Origin: Azolla caroliniana
Lineage: Eukaryota > Plantae > Polypodiophyta
Length of the DNA: 64,000 nt
Direction: 5' to 3'
Assembly: GCA_043228905.1 (NCBI GenBank)
Contig: JBHGNT010000002.1
Location: forward strand, 17,980,001 to 18,044,000
Part shown: positions 62,310-64,000 of the stretch, in pieces
How positions within the stretch are numbered: the first letter of the stretch is position 1
Layout of the letters: each line of letters opens with the position of its first letter
Made by a program: the position numbers and the translations under genes
Notes under the pieces: model-generated
Database searches by the model: none
The model's input: only the letters and a program-made list of their open reading frames with translations
Told to the model about the DNA's origin: nothing

Positions 62310-63923
62310 CTATTGTGACAGAATGCCCCCCAATGCAAAATCCGATGCGTCAGCTTCGATAATGAATGGTTTTTCCGGATCGACATGAGCTAGAATTGGA
62401 GCCGATGTAAATGCCTTTTTAAGACTCTCGAAATCCATGTCCGTTTCTTTAGACCAGATGAACGGTTGTCCCTTCCTGGTAAGTTGTGTGAGAGGTAGAA
62501 CGATCTTTGAGTAATCTTGTATGAACTTCCGGTAAAAATTGGCAAAGCGTAAGAAGCATTGCACATCCCACACCGAACGCGGAGTCTGCCATTCTACTAC
62601 CGTTTTGACCTTAGCTGGGTCCATGGAGATGCCTTCTGACAAAATGATGTAGCCGAGAAATTCCACTTGGTTGCACCCGAAACAACATTTTTCTAGCTTT
62701 GCATACAGACCATGTTCTCGAAGTCGTTTTAGTACTAATAGTACATGAGAATCATGTTCTTCTTGGGTCTTTGAATAAACCAGTAGATCATCCAAATAGA
62801 TGATCAAACAATCATCCAATAGATCTCGGAATATATCATTAGACATGTGCTGGAAGATTGCCGGCGCATTAGTGAGGCCGAATGACATGACAGTATACTT
62901 GAAGTGCCCATATCTGGTGCGAAACGCGGTCTTCCATTTGTCTCCTGGTCGGATCCGTACGAGGTTATATGCTCCCCGTAAGTCGATCTTTGTGAAGAAC
63001 CTGGCACCATTGATCCGTTCTAAAAGACTTGAGATAAGGGGAAGAGCATACCTATTCCTGATTGTAACCTTATTCAAGCCATGGTAATCTACAACGAGAC
63101 GAAGCGATCCATCTTTTTTCTTGACGAAGAAAATGGGCGCGCCGGCTGGAGATTTCGAATGCCGAATGAAACCATTTTCCAAATTCTCCTCTATATAGGT
63201 CCGAAGGACTTCCAGCTCAGTTGGTGACAAATTGTAGATCGGTCCCCATGGCGGCTCTTTTCCCGGTTGTAAATCGATGGGGCAATCGTATGTTCGATGA
63301 TGAGGAAGTGTGTTGGCTTGTACTTTATCGAACACATCGGCGTAATGACGATACTTCTCGGGAAGTTGAACGGTGGATTCTTCTTTAGTGGTGCTGGAGG
63401 GGTTTACTGATATTGCAAAGAGGAACATTTCCTCCTTGTGCCCTTCTTTACGCAACTCACGTAGCGAAATGGTTGCCATCTTCTGAGTTGACCCTTGGGT
63501 TTGTCGACACCGGATTTCTCTTGTTCTCCAATCTATGTCTGGGTTATGTAACTCGAAACACGGTAGTCCTAAAACTATAGGATGTTCTGGGATACTAATA
63601 ATATTAAATGATACTACACATGCTAAGTTATCTAGGACAATATTAATGGGCTCTAAGTCTTCTATGATATTTCCGGAAGCAATGGGATGTCCATCAATGA
63701 CTACTACAGAGGCTAGACACTGGAGTTTTCTTAGGGATATCTTATGAGCTTGAGCAAATTTCTTATTGATAAAGCCAGAGTTAGCTCCGGAATCTAGGAG
63801 TGCTAGGACATGTACTGGAGGGGTACTTTTAGTACTAACTATTACTTGGGCTACGAACACATCACTAACTTGCTTAGAGGGAATGGAACCACTAATGGGA
63901 TGCACAGATCTAGGGTTGTCCAA
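62310..63923 (-). CDS. Gypsy protease-RT-RNase H N-terminal ORF fragment
   Basis: 537-aa ORF with LDSGA, SKSPAGAPIFFVKKKDG, TKIDLRGAY, YLDD. Confidence 0.9.
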   Translation of the reverse strand: MDNPRSVHPISGSIPSKQVSDVFVAQVIVSTKSTPPVHVLALLDSGANSGFINKKFAQAHKISLRKLQCLASVVVIDGHPIASGNIIEDLEPINIVLDNLACVVSFNIISIPEHPIVLGLPCFELHNPDIDWRTREIRCRQTQGSTQKMATISLRELRKEGHKEEMFLFAISVNPSSTTKEESTVQLPEKYRHYADVFDKVQANTLPHHRTYDCPIDLQPGKEPPWGPIYNLSPTELEVLRTYIEENLENGFIRHSKSPAGAPIFFVKKKDGSLRLVVDYHGLNKVTIRNRYALPLISSLLERINGARFFTKIDLRGAYNLVRIRPGDKWKTAFRTRYGHFKYTVMSFGLTNAPAIFQHMSNDIFRDLLDDCLIIYLDDLLVYSKTQEEHDSHVLLVLKRLREHGLYAKLEKCCFGCNQVEFLGYIILSEGISMDPAKVKTVVEWQTPRSVWDVQCFLRFANFYRKFIQDYSKIVLPLTQLTRKGQPFIWSKETDMDFESLKKAFTSAPILAHVDPEKPFIIEADASDFALGGILSQ

Positions 63924-64000
63924 CCAAACAACTCCTATTTTGGTTGGACTTAGTCGTTTAACTCTTCTTCTAACTGACTAAGGACATCAAATTTGTTTGC

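Larger units (their letters stand above)
59936..64000 (-). mobile_element. Tcn1-like chromovirus (3' LTR 59936-60373; PR-RT-RH-INT-chromodomain), running off the window
   Basis: LTR TGTCATGA...TCATGACA, PPT AAAGGGGGGATAG, ALLDSGA, YLDD, EADASD, YHPQTDGQAER, EYEV.AILDS...YLVDWLGY....TWEP. Confidence 0.95.

Overview
Land-plant nuclear DNA. A large-genome non-seed plant such as a fern is an inference from the Tcn1-like and tRNA-Trp-primed Gypsy lineages. Two host genes lie on the minus strand: an intronless ZF-HD homeobox gene (8362-9210) and a multi-exon gene for a stand-alone DEAD-box RecA2/HELICc-like protein (19109-22957, possibly starting at 23286). Most of the rest is nested transposons: many Ty1/Copia and Ty3/Gypsy LTR elements (up to five levels deep from 32.4 to 64 kb), a hAT element delimited by TIRs and an 8-bp TSD, LINE relics and solo LTRs. 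The main unexplained signal is that several unrelated Gypsy families carry tRNA-like A-box/B-box cassettes, mostly with canonical 44-46 nt spacing, inside their LTRs or leader. One young LTR has three cassettes bracketing its TATA box. Other signals: two -1 ribosomal frameshift cassettes (one between protease and RT), a hairpin enclosing the PPT shared by several Copia families, and a conserved Copia Pol extension beyond RNase H. All coordinates were read by eye and no searches were run.
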